IMG/VR virus record: IMGVR_UViG_3300017721_000809
Coordinates: 1-31,767 of that record
Reading direction: 5' to 3' (one strand)
Source: a virus
Taxonomy: Duplodnaviria; Caudoviricetes
Length of the DNA: 31,767 nucleotides
Shown: positions 1 to 12,100 of the stretch, piece by piece
How positions within the stretch are numbered: the first letter of the stretch is position 1
Layout of the letters: each line of letters begins with the position of its first letter
Position numbers and translations under genes: made by a program
The notes under the pieces: generated by a model
Databases searched by the model: none
What the model was told of the DNA's origin: nothing
Seen by the model: only the letters and a program-made list of their open reading frames with translations

Positions 1-1
1 A

Positions 2-475
2 CCCGAATTACCTGATCCTGATATGAATTTACCTAATTTACAATTTTGGAATTGTATGGATTATGGTATTGTATCAGTTACTAAGCAATTTATTGGTAGT
101 ATGCACTATGAATGTTATACCCGTGATTATGGACCTCAAACGGGTACATATATTTGTACAATTGATAATTATCATCAAGATCCTGATGCAGTTGACTATG
201 CAACAAGTGAAAATCCATCAGAACATAAGTCACATAACCTAATTGAACTTGATAATGGACAATTTGCACTGTATCCTAACAATAGGACACGGATTTATGA
301 CAATAGTTTGACACCTGAGGAACCAAAGATTCCAGATTTTAAGGTTTCAACCGTATATTATCAAGTTGAGAATGGTCATGACCGTGATGGACTTGGAAAT
401 GATGAAAATTATTTCTGGAAAACTGCAAAAGAACGTAAAACTACAGAAAATCAACCCGAAATTCCCGATTTTTAA
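2..475 (+). CDS. Conserved phage hypothetical protein, 5'-truncated by the window edge
   Basis: The frame is open from base 2 (PELPDPD-MNLPNLQFWNCMDY...), so the ATG at 23 is probably internal. The motif HKSHNLIELDNGQFALYPNNR resembles a hypothetical family I recall from marine T4-like phages. Stop TAA at 473-475. Confidence 0.75.
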   Translation, partial: PELPDPDMNLPNLQFWNCMDYGIVSVTKQFIGSMHYECYTRDYGPQTGTYICTIDNYHQDPDAVDYATSENPSEHKSHNLIELDNGQFALYPNNRTRIYDNSLTPEEPKIPDFKVSTVYYQVENGHDRDGLGNDENYFWKTAKERKTTENQPEIPDF

Positions 476-479
476 GAAA

Positions 480-632
480 ATGAACGATTTTTTAGACAAC
501 TTAGCAAATGATCAGCATCAAAAGATGCTTCGTGAAATTGCAAATGACGATTTAACACCTAAAAAGAAGGATAAAATCACTGAAACTGAATTATTTGAAG
601 TAGAAAGTAATCCTGAACCATTGTACGAATAA
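480..632 (+). CDS. Small acidic hypothetical protein (50 aa, MNDFLDNLANDQHQKMLREIAND...)
   Basis: The ATG at 480 lies 4 nt after the previous stop. The track's start at 366 would overlap the upstream gene by 110 nt and is less plausible. Confidence 0.65.
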   Translation: MNDFLDNLANDQHQKMLREIANDDLTPKKKDKITETELFEVESNPEPLYE

Positions 633-651
633 AGTGATAAGAATTATCACT
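633..651. promoter_or_regulatory. Perfect inverted repeat AGTGATAA-gaa-TTATCACT (Fur-box-like operator or weak hairpin)
   Basis: 8-bp arms at 633-640 and 644-651 with a 3-nt spacer, intergenic, ending 9 nt upstream of the late promoter core. The repeat itself is certain; its function is inferred. Confidence 0.45.
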
Positions 652-660
652 GAATTCCTT

Positions 661-668
661 GATAAATA
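661..668 (+). promoter_or_regulatory. T4-type (gp55 sigma) late promoter core GATAAATA
   Basis: Matches the T4 TATAAATA / cyanophage nATAAATA consensus; intergenic, 21 nt before the gp25 start. Confidence 0.8.
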
Positions 669-689
669 ATACATAATTGCCCTATTGTT

Positions 690-1091
690 GTGCCTTTAGA
701 GAGGATCAGTCAAGGTTTTAAAGATATTAGTATGACTTTTCAGACTAATCCTCTGACAAAAGATTTGATTGCACTTAAAAATGAAAATGCAATTGCAAGA
801 TCGGTAAAAAATATCGTACTTACAGTTCCTGGTGAGAAACCTTTTGATCCTAGATTTGGATCTCGTATAACAGACTTACTTTTTGAGAATGTTGACGATA
901 TTACTGCAATTAATATTGAAACTGAGATAAGAAACTCACTTGAAAGATATGAACCAAGAGTTAAATTAACATCTGTAAAAGTGAGAGCTGATATAGATGG
1001 AAACTCTTTCGATGTTACGATCATATATGATATTATAGGTGCAGATATTCCAGCACAACAATTAGAATTCGTATTGCAACCCACAAGGTAA
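690..1091 (+). CDS. gp25: Baseplate wedge subunit gp25 (sheath initiator, GPW/gp25 family)
   Basis: 133 aa, GTG start. Motifs AIARSVKNIVLTVPGEKPFDPRFGS and LERYEPRV are typical of gp25. Directly upstream of gp6. Confidence 0.93.
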   Translation: MPLERISQGFKDISMTFQTNPLTKDLIALKNENAIARSVKNIVLTVPGEKPFDPRFGSRITDLLFENVDDITAINIETEIRNSLERYEPRVKLTSVKVRADIDGNSFDVTIIYDIIGADIPAQQLEFVLQPTR

Positions 1092-1092
1092 A

Positions 1093-3159
1093 ATGCCACT
1101 AGTAAATTTTACAAATCTAGATTTTGAGGGTGTTAAGTCTGCATTGACAGAATACCTCAAATCAAATTCGAACTTCACTGACTATGACTTTGAAGGTTCG
1201 AACCTATCGTCTATTGTAGACCTGTTAGCGTATAATACGTATATTACTTCGTATAATGCCAACATGGTGGCAAATGAAGTTTTTATTGATACTGCAACTC
1301 TTAGAGAAAACGTAGTTGCACTTGCAAGAAACATTGGATATACTCCCAGATCAAGAAAAGCAGCAACTTCTTCAATTTCATTCTTTGTAGACACATCTAA
1401 CATAACTCCCAAACCAGCGTCTCTAACCCTCCGTAAAGGGACTGTAGCAGCGTCTAACGGTCGGTTTGGTGGTACGTCAGGTGCATTCTGTATTTTAGAC
1501 GATATAACCGTTCCTGTGGTAAATGGGGTTGCATCTTTTAATAACATTTCGATTTTTGAAGGATCAAGTTTAGTAAAGAATTTTACATATAGTGCTAGAA
1601 ATCCACAGCAAAAATTTATTTTACCAAATGCTGGTATTGACACTGAATTACTTAGAGTAACTGTAAAGAATAATCAATCGTCTACTGCATCTGTAACATA
1701 TACTTTGCAAGATAATTTATTTTATGTGGGATCGAGTTCCAAAATTTATTATCTTCAAGAAGTAGCAGATGAAAGATATGAGTTGTTCTTTGGTGATGGA
1801 GTTTTTGGTCAGCAACTTGAAGATCAAAATTACATAACAGTTTCATATATTGCAACTAATGGTGATTCTGGAAATGGAATGAATCAGTTTAGATTTAATG
1901 GTAGAATAACTTACACCAGGGATGGGAAAGAATATACAGTTACTAGTGGGATATCACTAGTAACTACTGATTATAGTTCTAGAGGTGGTGATTCAATTGA
2001 GGCAGTTGAGTCTGTTAGAAAATTTGCTCCAAAAATTTATTCCACTCAGAATCGAGCAGTAACTGCAGATGACTATGAAACTTTGATTCCTTCAAAAATA
2101 TATCCAGATACAGAATCTATTTCTGTTTTTGGTGGTGAAGAATTGGTTCCCCCACAATATGGAAAAGTTTTTATTAGTATAAAACCAAGATTTGGTGATT
2201 TTTTACCAAATCTCTTAAAAGAAAATATAAAATTAAAGTTAAAAAAATATGCTGTTGCTGGAGTAGTACCAGAAATTTTAGATCTAAAATATCTTTATAT
2301 TGAAGTAAACTCAAAAGTTTATTATAACACAAACTTGGCACCTTCATCCGCAGAGGTTTCCACTGTTGTTTCCAATAATGCAGCAAAATATGCAGACTCT
2401 ACTGAGTTAAATAGGTATGGTGCTAGATTTAAATATAGTAAGTTCCTAAAGATAATTGATGATAGTCATCAATCAGTGACATCGAATATTACTATTATTA
2501 ATATGAGAAGAGATCTTAGGGTTGTTCCAAATACATTAGCTGAATATCAAATTGGATTTGGAAATAAATTCCATATTAGAAGTAATGATGGATACAATAT
2601 AAAATCTAGTGGATTCAGAGTATCTGGAATACAAGAGAATGTTTACATAAGTGATATTCCAAGTTCTGATAAATTAACTGGATCCTTATTCCTGTTTACC
2701 TTACCCAATGTTGGATCAGAAAATCCAACTATCATACGATCCAATGTTGGAAGTATTGATTATGTGAATGGTATAATAACAATTAATGCCATTAATATCT
2801 TAGGAGGAATGGAAAAAGATGGTCAGCAAGTAATTGAAATACAAACGACTCCATCATCGAATGATGTTGTTGGATTGCAGGACCTTTATTTGCAACTAGA
2901 TAATAGTAATAGCACGTTTGAAATGGTTCCAGATCAAATTGCATCAGGAATTGATCCATCAGCGTCTACCTACACCGTATCATCTTCATACTCAAATGGA
3001 AACTTAGTTCGCCTTGGTGGAGCAGTTAACGTTGCAGAAACAACTCAAACTGCAACTCAGACTACTACAACCAATAGTTCTTTTACAGGAACAACTTCTT
3101 CTACAACTTCAACAGCATCCTCTGGGGGATCTGGTGGTTCTACCGGCGGCGGTTATTAA
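1093..3159 (+). CDS. gp6: Baseplate wedge subunit gp6
   Basis: 688 aa. N-terminal LDFE...FTDYDFEGSNLS...LLAYNT...NEVFIDTATLRENVVALARNIGYTPRS, plus YELFFGDGVFG and QNRAVTADDY, are T4 gp6/baseplate-J hallmarks. Confidence 0.95.
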   Translation: MPLVNFTNLDFEGVKSALTEYLKSNSNFTDYDFEGSNLSSIVDLLAYNTYITSYNANMVANEVFIDTATLRENVVALARNIGYTPRSRKAATSSISFFVDTSNITPKPASLTLRKGTVAASNGRFGGTSGAFCILDDITVPVVNGVASFNNISIFEGSSLVKNFTYSARNPQQKFILPNAGIDTELLRVTVKNNQSSTASVTYTLQDNLFYVGSSSKIYYLQEVADERYELFFGDGVFGQQLEDQNYITVSYIATNGDSGNGMNQFRFNGRITYTRDGKEYTVTSGISLVTTDYSSRGGDSIEAVESVRKFAPKIYSTQNRAVTADDYETLIPSKIYPDTESISVFGGEELVPPQYGKVFISIKPRFGDFLPNLLKENIKLKLKKYAVAGVVPEILDLKYLYIEVNSKVYYNTNLAPSSAEVSTVVSNNAAKYADSTELNRYGARFKYSKFLKIIDDSHQSVTSNITIINMRRDLRVVPNTLAEYQIGFGNKFHIRSNDGYNIKSSGFRVSGIQENVYISDIPSSDKLTGSLFLFTLPNVGSENPTIIRSNVGSIDYVNGIITINAINILGGMEKDGQQVIEIQTTPSSNDVVGLQDLYLQLDNSNSTFEMVPDQIASGIDPSASTYTVSSSYSNGNLVRLGGAVNVAETTQTATQTTTTNSSFTGTTSSTTSTASSGGSGGSTGGGY

Positions 3160-3179
3160 TTTAGAGATATAGAAAGCAA

Positions 3180-6100
3180 ATGTCAGAAACAAGAATCAAG
3201 TTTAGTAACATCGTTAAGAACCAACTTCCAACTTATGTTGAGAATGAGTTTCCTCTTATCTCTGAGTTTTTAAAGCAATATTATATTTCACAAGAATATA
3301 AAAGTGGATCTACTGATTTAATTCAAAATATTGATCAATATGTAAAACTTGATGAGCAAACTTCATTAAATTATGAAGTTAATTTGATTGAAGATACTGA
3401 TGAATTTGCAACTACAATTAATATTGATTTATCATTAAATCAAAGAGGAACTGAATTATTTCCAGATTCATATGGTCTGTTAAAAATTAATGATGAGGTA
3501 ATAACATATACTGGAAAAACTGATTCATCTTTTACTGGATGTATTAGAGGGTTTAATGGAGTAACATCATACCAATCTGATTTAAATCAAGGAGATCTTG
3601 TCTTTAGTTCTACTGAGGCAGCTGATCATAAAAAAGGTGATGTTGTAGAGAATTTGAGTTGTTTGTTTCTTAAAGAATTTTTAAAGAAAACAAAAGTTCA
3701 ATTTTTACCTGGACTAAATGAGAGACCGTTATCTTCTAATTTAAATCAAAATTTATTCATAAAACAATCAAAAGATTTTTATACCAGTAAAGGTACTGAT
3801 CAAGCACATAAAATTTTATTTAAAGCACTTTATGGGGTAGACGTTGAGGTTGTAAAACCAAGAGATTATCTATTCACACCATCAAACTCAAATAATTTAG
3901 TTACATCTAATTTTTTAGTTGAATCAATTACTGGCGATCCAGAATCTTTAGAAAGTAAAACTATATTTCAAGGTACATCTGGAGAAACATATACTCCATT
4001 GTATAGTGTTGAAAAGATTAATACTGGAATTGGAAAAACATACTATAAGTTAGCATTTGATAGTGGGTATAATAGAGACTCTAGCGTTCTTGGTGCAACT
4101 AGAGGAAGTTTTAAGATTTCACCAAAAACTCATATAATTGGAAACGTCTCTTCTGGTTCTACAGTTATTGATGTTGATTCAACAATAGGATTCCCAAATT
4201 CTGGAGAATTGGGAGTAAAATATCCGAATTCAACCAATTCTAACACTGGGATAGTATCTTACACTTCTAAAACTGTAACTCAGTTTTTGGGGTGTACAAA
4301 TATAGTCGATACTATTATTGATGGAGATACTCTCAACACTTTGGATTATGCATATACTAAACCAGATAGTGAAATTCAAGTTCGTATAGGATCGGTTTTA
4401 TCAAATTTTTCAAAACAAGATGGAATATTTGACTACAAACCTGGAGATAAGTTTCAAATAAAAACTCTTGGAATTGAAAATGAATCATTTAGGTTTAAAA
4501 ATTGGTTATATAATAATTCGGTCAAGTATTCTATTTCAAAAATAGAATTAATTGATAATATTTCACCTAAAGTATATAAATTAACTTTAAAAACAGAAAA
4601 TTATTTAAGACTTGGTGATAATTTAACTATTACATCACCAAATTCAATTGATTCTTTTGACGCTGTTGTTTCTGATATAATTTCAGCAAAAGTAATAACG
4701 GTTAAGACTACAGCGACTCTTGATATTAAATTGGGATATTCTATATGTAAAAAAATAAAAAAAGTAACTTCTGATTATTTTCCTGGAGTTGGAAAGTTTC
4801 AATCAAACATCCAAAATGTTTATAAGAAAAAATATTCAAATTCTGCTTTAATTGCAACAAATTCATTACCATCATATAAAACTCAACCTTTAACTGTAGA
4901 TAGAAAGCGAATTACTTTTAGTGGGACTTTTTCTGGTTCAATTTTTAATATAAACAATCATGGATACTATAGTGGAGAATCCATATACTATACTCCCCAA
5001 AAAACCACAAAAAGTGTTGAACTTGATGGAGAAATTTCTGAAGAAACTACCGTCATATCATCACTATTCGGTGGAGATACTGGTGGTGAAGGAGTATATT
5101 ACATTTTAAGAGTTGATAATGATAACATAAAGCTAGCAAAATCTAATGCAAATTTATATGCATCACAATTTGTTTCTACAGAAAACTCAACTACAGTAGT
5201 TGATAATATCATTGAGGACTCTATTTTAGCTGGAAAGCAATTAGAACCTCAAAAACTTTACAGAGAAATTTCTAATCCAATTAATAATGATTTATTAATT
5301 GAAACAAAACCGGGATCTACTGGTATTTTAATTAATGGTGTTGAAATTTTAAATTACAAGTCAAATAACTTAATCCATTATGGAAAATTGGAGGAAGTTG
5401 AAGTATCTTCACCTGGATCTGGTTTTGATATAATCAATCCACCAATTCTAAGTATAAAAGATCCTGTTGGAAGTGGTGCAACTGGTTATCTTGCTGTTAG
5501 TGGAAATTTAAGAAATATTCAAATTATTGATAGAGGATTTGATTTTACAGAAGTTCCTATAGTATCAATTACTGGTGGTAATGGATCTAATGCTAAAGCA
5601 TCTGCAGTTACCAAATTAATTTCACATTCTGTAGAATTTTTCTCAGATCCAAGTTCTGCGAGAGTTTCATTGGGTGCATCTTTGTCTACAATTGGATTTT
5701 CAACATATCATAAATTTAGAGATGGTGAGCAAGTAGTATATAAAACAAATTCTCAAAAAGGAGTTGGTGGATTATCCACTGATGCAACATATTTTGCATC
5801 TATTGTAGATGCAACAACCATCAAACTTCATAATAATATTGGGGATTCTGTAGTTGGTATCAATACGGTTACTTTATCATTCTTTGGTGAAGGTAAGCAT
5901 ATACTTGAATGTACATCAAAAAAAGCAGTAATTGATTCTATCAATGTTGTTAATAATGGATCTGGATATGAAAATAAAAAAAGATCTGTTATTTCGGCAG
6001 GAATTAACACAGCATCAAATACTGTCACTATTGAAAATCATGATTACAATTCAGGTGAAGTGATAAGATACTCTACTGGTTCTAGTTCTATTGGAGGATT

Positions 6101-9100
6101 GGTGGATGGAAAAGATTATTATGTAACATCAATAGATAATAATCAATTTAGACTATCTGAGATTGGAACAATAAATGATAAAGATTTATTTTATAGAACT
6201 AATCAATATGTAGAATTAGAAAGTTCTGGATCTGGAACTCATCATTTTAATTATCCTCCAATTTTAGTATCAGTTAAAGGACCTGTTGGTATATCAACTG
6301 TTGCTGGAATTGAATCTAAAGATTTTCAAAGTATTGTTCAACCAATTTTTACTGGAGAGGTAACTTCAGTTCACTTGTCAAATAAAGGTTTTGGATATGG
6401 AACCAATGATATTATTAATTTAAATAAACCACCCCAAGTTTCTATTATTTCTGGAGCAAATGCTCAAGCACAACCAATAGTATCTTCTGCTGGAGAAATT
6501 ATTGAAGTTTTAGTAGAAAATGTAGGATCAAAATATACTTCTATCCCTACCGTAGAGTTGTTATCAGATTCTGGAATAGGTTGTGTTCTAACTCCTATTT
6601 TTGAAAATGGATTACTGAAAGAAATTATAGTTGTAGAACCAGGAATTGGTTATGTTTCTGGACAAACTGAAATATTGATATCTCCAACAGAAGAAGATGT
6701 CAATTTTATACCAAAACTACAGACATGGAGAATTAATTTATTTGACAAATTATATAATACGAATCGAATAAAAGATGATGATTTAGTTTTAGGTGAATCT
6801 TCTAGTAAAAAATATGGACTACAATGTTATAGTTTATATGCCCCCAGAGAATTAAGACAGATGGTATACTCCATCGCACAGGGTGGAGAAACTCTTTACG
6901 GCAAAACTGATTTAAAATTAGTAAACTCTCAAGAAACTGAATTTACTGACCATTCTCCTATACTTGGTTGGGCATATGATGGAAACCCAATTTATGGTCC
7001 ATATGGATATTCAGGAGTTGATGGTGGAGTTGTAACTCTAATGAAGTCTAGTTACAGACTCAACCAAACACGCCCTTCGGGACCACCAACATCGGTGTAT
7101 CCAATTGGAACATTTGTGGAAGATTTTACTTATTATGAATTGGATGATGATAGTTTTCTTGATCAAAATAATGGAAGATATTGCATAACTCCAGATTTTC
7201 CAAATGGAACTTATGCATATTTCACAACAATAAATGAAAACAGTAATGAATCATCTGGAGTATTTAAAAATTATAGAATTCCAAAATTTCCATATACTAT
7301 TGGAAAAAATTATAATTCAACTCCAATTGATTTTAACTTTAAAGTATCTTCAAACCAAGATGAATACCAGATTGAAGATAATGATTGGTGTAGAAACACT
7401 GTATCATATAATCTAAGAGAAGATGGACTAGATTACCCATACATTTACTTACCAGATAACTTATCACAAACTGGAGAAATTGTTTCAACCAATAGGGGAG
7501 AACTTCAAAGAGTAGATATAAAAACTCCTGGAGATAACTATAGAATAGGAGATACTTTAAACATATCGAATGGTGGTACAACTGGTTTTGGTGCTGCAGG
7601 CAGAGTAGCAATACTGAAGGGTAAAAAAGTAAATAGTCTCAATGCATCTATTACAAAATTATCTGGAGTGGATATTTTTCCTTCTTCTAAAAAAGGAACT
7701 TACTTTGTACAATCAACAAGTCCACATAATTTAAAACCACTTGATATTGTTAGTGTCGGCGCAGTTTCTACAACCACATCTAAGATTGAAGGAAAATATT
7801 CTATTGGTGTTTTAAATGAATCTTTTTCATTAACTGGTATTGGTACTATTGGAGTTGCCATTGGGTCAACATCTGTCACTGGAATAGTGACTTTCTTTAA
7901 TATTTCTTCCAATTTAATTGGATCAAATATTGTACCAAATGATATTCTTGGTATTGGAACTGAGAGAGTCAAAGTTTTAAATATTGATAAAAATAATTCT
8001 AGGTTTAGAGTTCTAAGATCTGTGGATGGAACAGTTGGTGGAATACACACTATTGGTTCAATCATAAGTGAAGACCCTAGAAGACTGACTATTAATAGTG
8101 GATTTAAAACAACGTTTAATTTTAAAAGAAACACGGAGGTATACTTTGAGCCATCAGAAACAGTTGGTCTTGGAACAATTGCTGTTGGTTTAGGGACAGT
8201 ATTAACGTTTTCTTCTTTTGGACTGAATACTGTTGGACTTGGAACAACTTCTGGTTCCAGCACTCTCAATGTTCCTCTAAAATCACTTTATGTAAAAAAT
8301 CATAACTTACAAACTGGTGACATATTAACATATTCGTCTAATGGTGGATCGGGTATTGTTTATAATGAAGTGGGAAGAGTTGGTATTGATACCACTTTAT
8401 CTGACGGACAACAAGTATTTGTTGCTAAAATTTCCAATGATCTTATTGGTATTGCAACACAAAAGGTTGGATTGGGAAGTACTGGTGGATTTGTTGGTGT
8501 AGGAAATTCTTCATCAACAATTTTCTTTACTGGACTAGGTTCTGGAAATAATCATAGTTTTAAAACCAATTATGAACAAATCACTGGTGATATTTCAAAA
8601 AGATCGGTCACGGTAGTTACTGATGTCAATCATGGAGTAACATCAGTTCATAAAGTTGATATTGATGTTGACCCCAAATTTACTGAAACTTATACTGTTA
8701 AGTATAATGATGCTAATAGAAGAGTACTTGTTGGTATACAAACTTTTAGTGCAATTGGAATTAACAGTTCTACAAATAATATCAATATAACAAATCATGG
8801 ATATGAAAGTGGTAACAAAGTAATCCATACATCAACTGCACCTTGTGGTGGATTGGAAAATGATAAAATTTATTATATTGTAAAAGTTGATAATGACAAT
8901 GTAAAATTATCAAATACTCACTATAGTTCAGTCAGTTTAGCGCCAAGTATCGTCGGTATATCAAGTACATCTTTTGGTGAATTTGGTCTGGTCAATCCAC
9001 CGATTAATGCGTATAGAACCTCTACTTTAAACTTTGATATGTCGGATTCTTCTCTGGCATATACTCAACAATCTACTCAATATCCAGCTTTTAAACTCAA

Positions 9101-12100
9101 TTTTTATCTTGATGATAAGTATACTAAAATTTGGAAGACCGATGAAACATCGGGAACTTTTAATGTTTCAAGAACAGGAAAATCTGGATTATCAACAACA
9201 TCAAAAGTAACCGTTTCTATTGGAAGAACCTCACCAGATAGAATATATTATAGATTGGATCCAATTTTTAATAGTAATATACCAAATGAAAAATCTGAAA
9301 TTGTAGTCGATAAAACTGTATTCAATAACAACTCAATTATATCAACTAATAGTGTTTATAATGGGCAGAGACAAATTTCTATAGCAGGAACTAATTTCTT
9401 TACATTTAGTTTATACGAAAATCCAGAATCCAATTCTTATGTATCTACATCATCGTCAATTACATATACTACAGATTGTACTCATACATCAGGTCCTATA
9501 TCAAGGGTAGAAGTAACTAGTTCTGGAAAAAATTATAATAGTCTCCCTGAAATAATATCAGTTAATTCTGTTGAAGGAACTGGAGCAGAGTTAGTTTCTG
9601 TTAGTAACAATATTGGCATTATTGAAAAAGTTAAACTTAATGATATTGGATATGATTTCCCAACAGATAATACTTTAAAACCAAGTGCTTCTTTACCACA
9701 AATTATAAGTGTTGATTCATATGCCAAGATTGATAATATTAATATAATTTCAATTGGAAAAGGATATTCATATGCACCAGATTTGATTGCATTTGATGGA
9801 AAAACTGGTAAGCAAATAGTAGATTTGAGTATTGGATATTCTCTTGGTGATTCTAATGTAAGTATTTTTAATAATACGAAAGGTATTAATAATTCAGTAC
9901 CAAAAATCTTACCCATAAACAATAATAATGGAGTTGGTATTAGTACTGTTGGTTTTAATACGATTACAAAAGATGTAACAGTCAAAATGTCTGTTGGATT
10001 TAGTACCAATTTCCCATTCGCAGTTGGGGATAGTGTTCTTATTGAAAATATTAGTATTGGTGCTGGGTCAACTGGGAAAGGATTTAATTCTAAAGATTAT
10101 GGATATAAACTATTTACTTTAACTAACGTAACTGAAAATATTGGTGGAATTGGATCTGTTGCATATAATTTATCCAATGATCTAGAGAATGGAGAAATTC
10201 CTGGAACTATGGATTTAATAAATTCATCTGGAATGATAACTCCTGAGAAATTTTTCCCAAGTTTTGAAGTTTCATTAGTGACTGGTGATTATTTACCAGG
10301 TGAAAAAGTTACATCCAATATAAATGGAAATCAAATCGAAGGCATTGCCCAAAGTTGGGATAAAACAACAAAAACTCTTAGAATTTTGTCAAATGATAAT
10401 TTTAAAACGGGTGAAAAGTTAAGAGGTTTAACTTCTAATTTAATAGGAGTGGCATCTACAGTAACTTCATATGAATCATATTTTGACACTGATGTTTCTT
10501 CATTAATATTCAGTGGAAGTCAATTAGATTCTGGATTTTTAAATGATAATTTGCAAAGGCTGCCAGATAATAACTATTATCAAAAATTCTCATATGCATT
10601 GAGAAGTACTATTGCGTTTGATGATTGGAATGATGTTATATCATCATTAAATCATACCATTGGATATAAAAAGTTTGGAGATCTTCAGGTAGAGACTTCA
10701 AATGGATCTCAACCATTGACTGTTGGTCTTACGACTGGATTGACTGATGTCTCCATAGTCAGTGATCTTCATGGAGTTATCGATACCAATTGCGTGTTCG
10801 ATTTTGATATTGCGACAGAAAATAATTTAAACTTTACTAATGAAACTAATGGTATCTTATCAAATGAAGTTTTCTTTAACAAAAAAATATTAACAGATTT
10901 TACAGAGTCTGTTGGAAATAGAGTTCTTTCTATAGATGACATAAGTCCTCTTTTTAATAGCAATCCTAGATCAACTGCATTCACTACTGTTGGTACTTTT
11001 AAACTAAGTGATATTAGATTTAGAAAGTATTTTACATACTTGAGAGATAAAAGATTTACACAAGAGAGGCAGTCACTTATTGTCGATCTTATTCATGATG
11101 GAATTTTTGGATATATTAATCAATATGCCAGAATTGAAAGTGTTTATGATCAAGGATCTTTTGATTTTGCTATTAGTGGAGATGAAGGTGAGTTAAGATT
11201 TTTCCCAACAAAATCTTCCGTAAATGACTATGACATCACTGCTATTTCTTATAACTTAAATGATAATTATTTGAGCACTGGTTCAACTTCAATTGGAGGT
11301 GTTTTAATAGATTCTGAGAGTGTTATAATAAACTCAGGAGTTTCAACTCCAATTGTTAGTGTTGGTAATACATATCATTCATTAAAAGTTCTTGTTGAAA
11401 TTACTCCAGATGTAAGTAATCCATCTTTCGGTAGCACTGCTACTTTTAATTCCAATGAATTTGAGGCACAAGAATTAAATATTGTTCATGATGGATCAAA
11501 TGTTTCTATTCTTGAGTATGGAAAATTAACAACTTCTTCTGGATCTTATTCTGCTACTGGATTTGGGACTTACACTGCATATCTTTCTGGTTCAAATATA
11601 AAATTAGATTTTAATCCGTCTGCAGGTATTGGTACAAACGCAGTAGTCAACACTATAGTAGTAGGACTTTCATCAGTTTCTTCTGGCAATTCAACTCTTG
11701 ATATGAAACATGCTAGATTGCAGTCTAGAACAACCAATATTACATCTTCAGGATCACCTACCGAAAATGTAATATCTGAGTACCCAAGTCAATCTGGAAC
11801 ACAAGTTGATAGATATGACTCTGCATATTGCATGATTCAAGTACATGATACAACAAATAATCGTTATGAGTTTTTAGAATATATTGTTGTTGATGATCAT
11901 ATTGAAGGCGAAACAGTTTCTGATACTTTTGATACAGAGTTTGCTAATATTCAAACTCATTCTGGTCTTGGTACTTTTGGTAGTAAGGTAATAACAAACT
12001 CTGTTGGTCTTGCGGCAACAACTCAAGTATTGTTTACTCCAGTGTCTGGAATAAATGCAACAGTTCATGTTTATATGAATGCTGTTAGAATTGAAGATGA

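Noticed and set aside
366-479. Track's upstream start for the 366-632 ORF
   Set aside because: It overlaps the upstream gene out of frame; the ATG at 480 fits operon packing. The same reasoning moves 24632 to 24677 and 25057 to 25063.
633-660. Rho-independent terminator after the 50-aa ORF
   Set aside because: The stem has only two G-C pairs and a 3-nt loop, with no U-tract after it. It is kept only as an inverted repeat of uncertain function.
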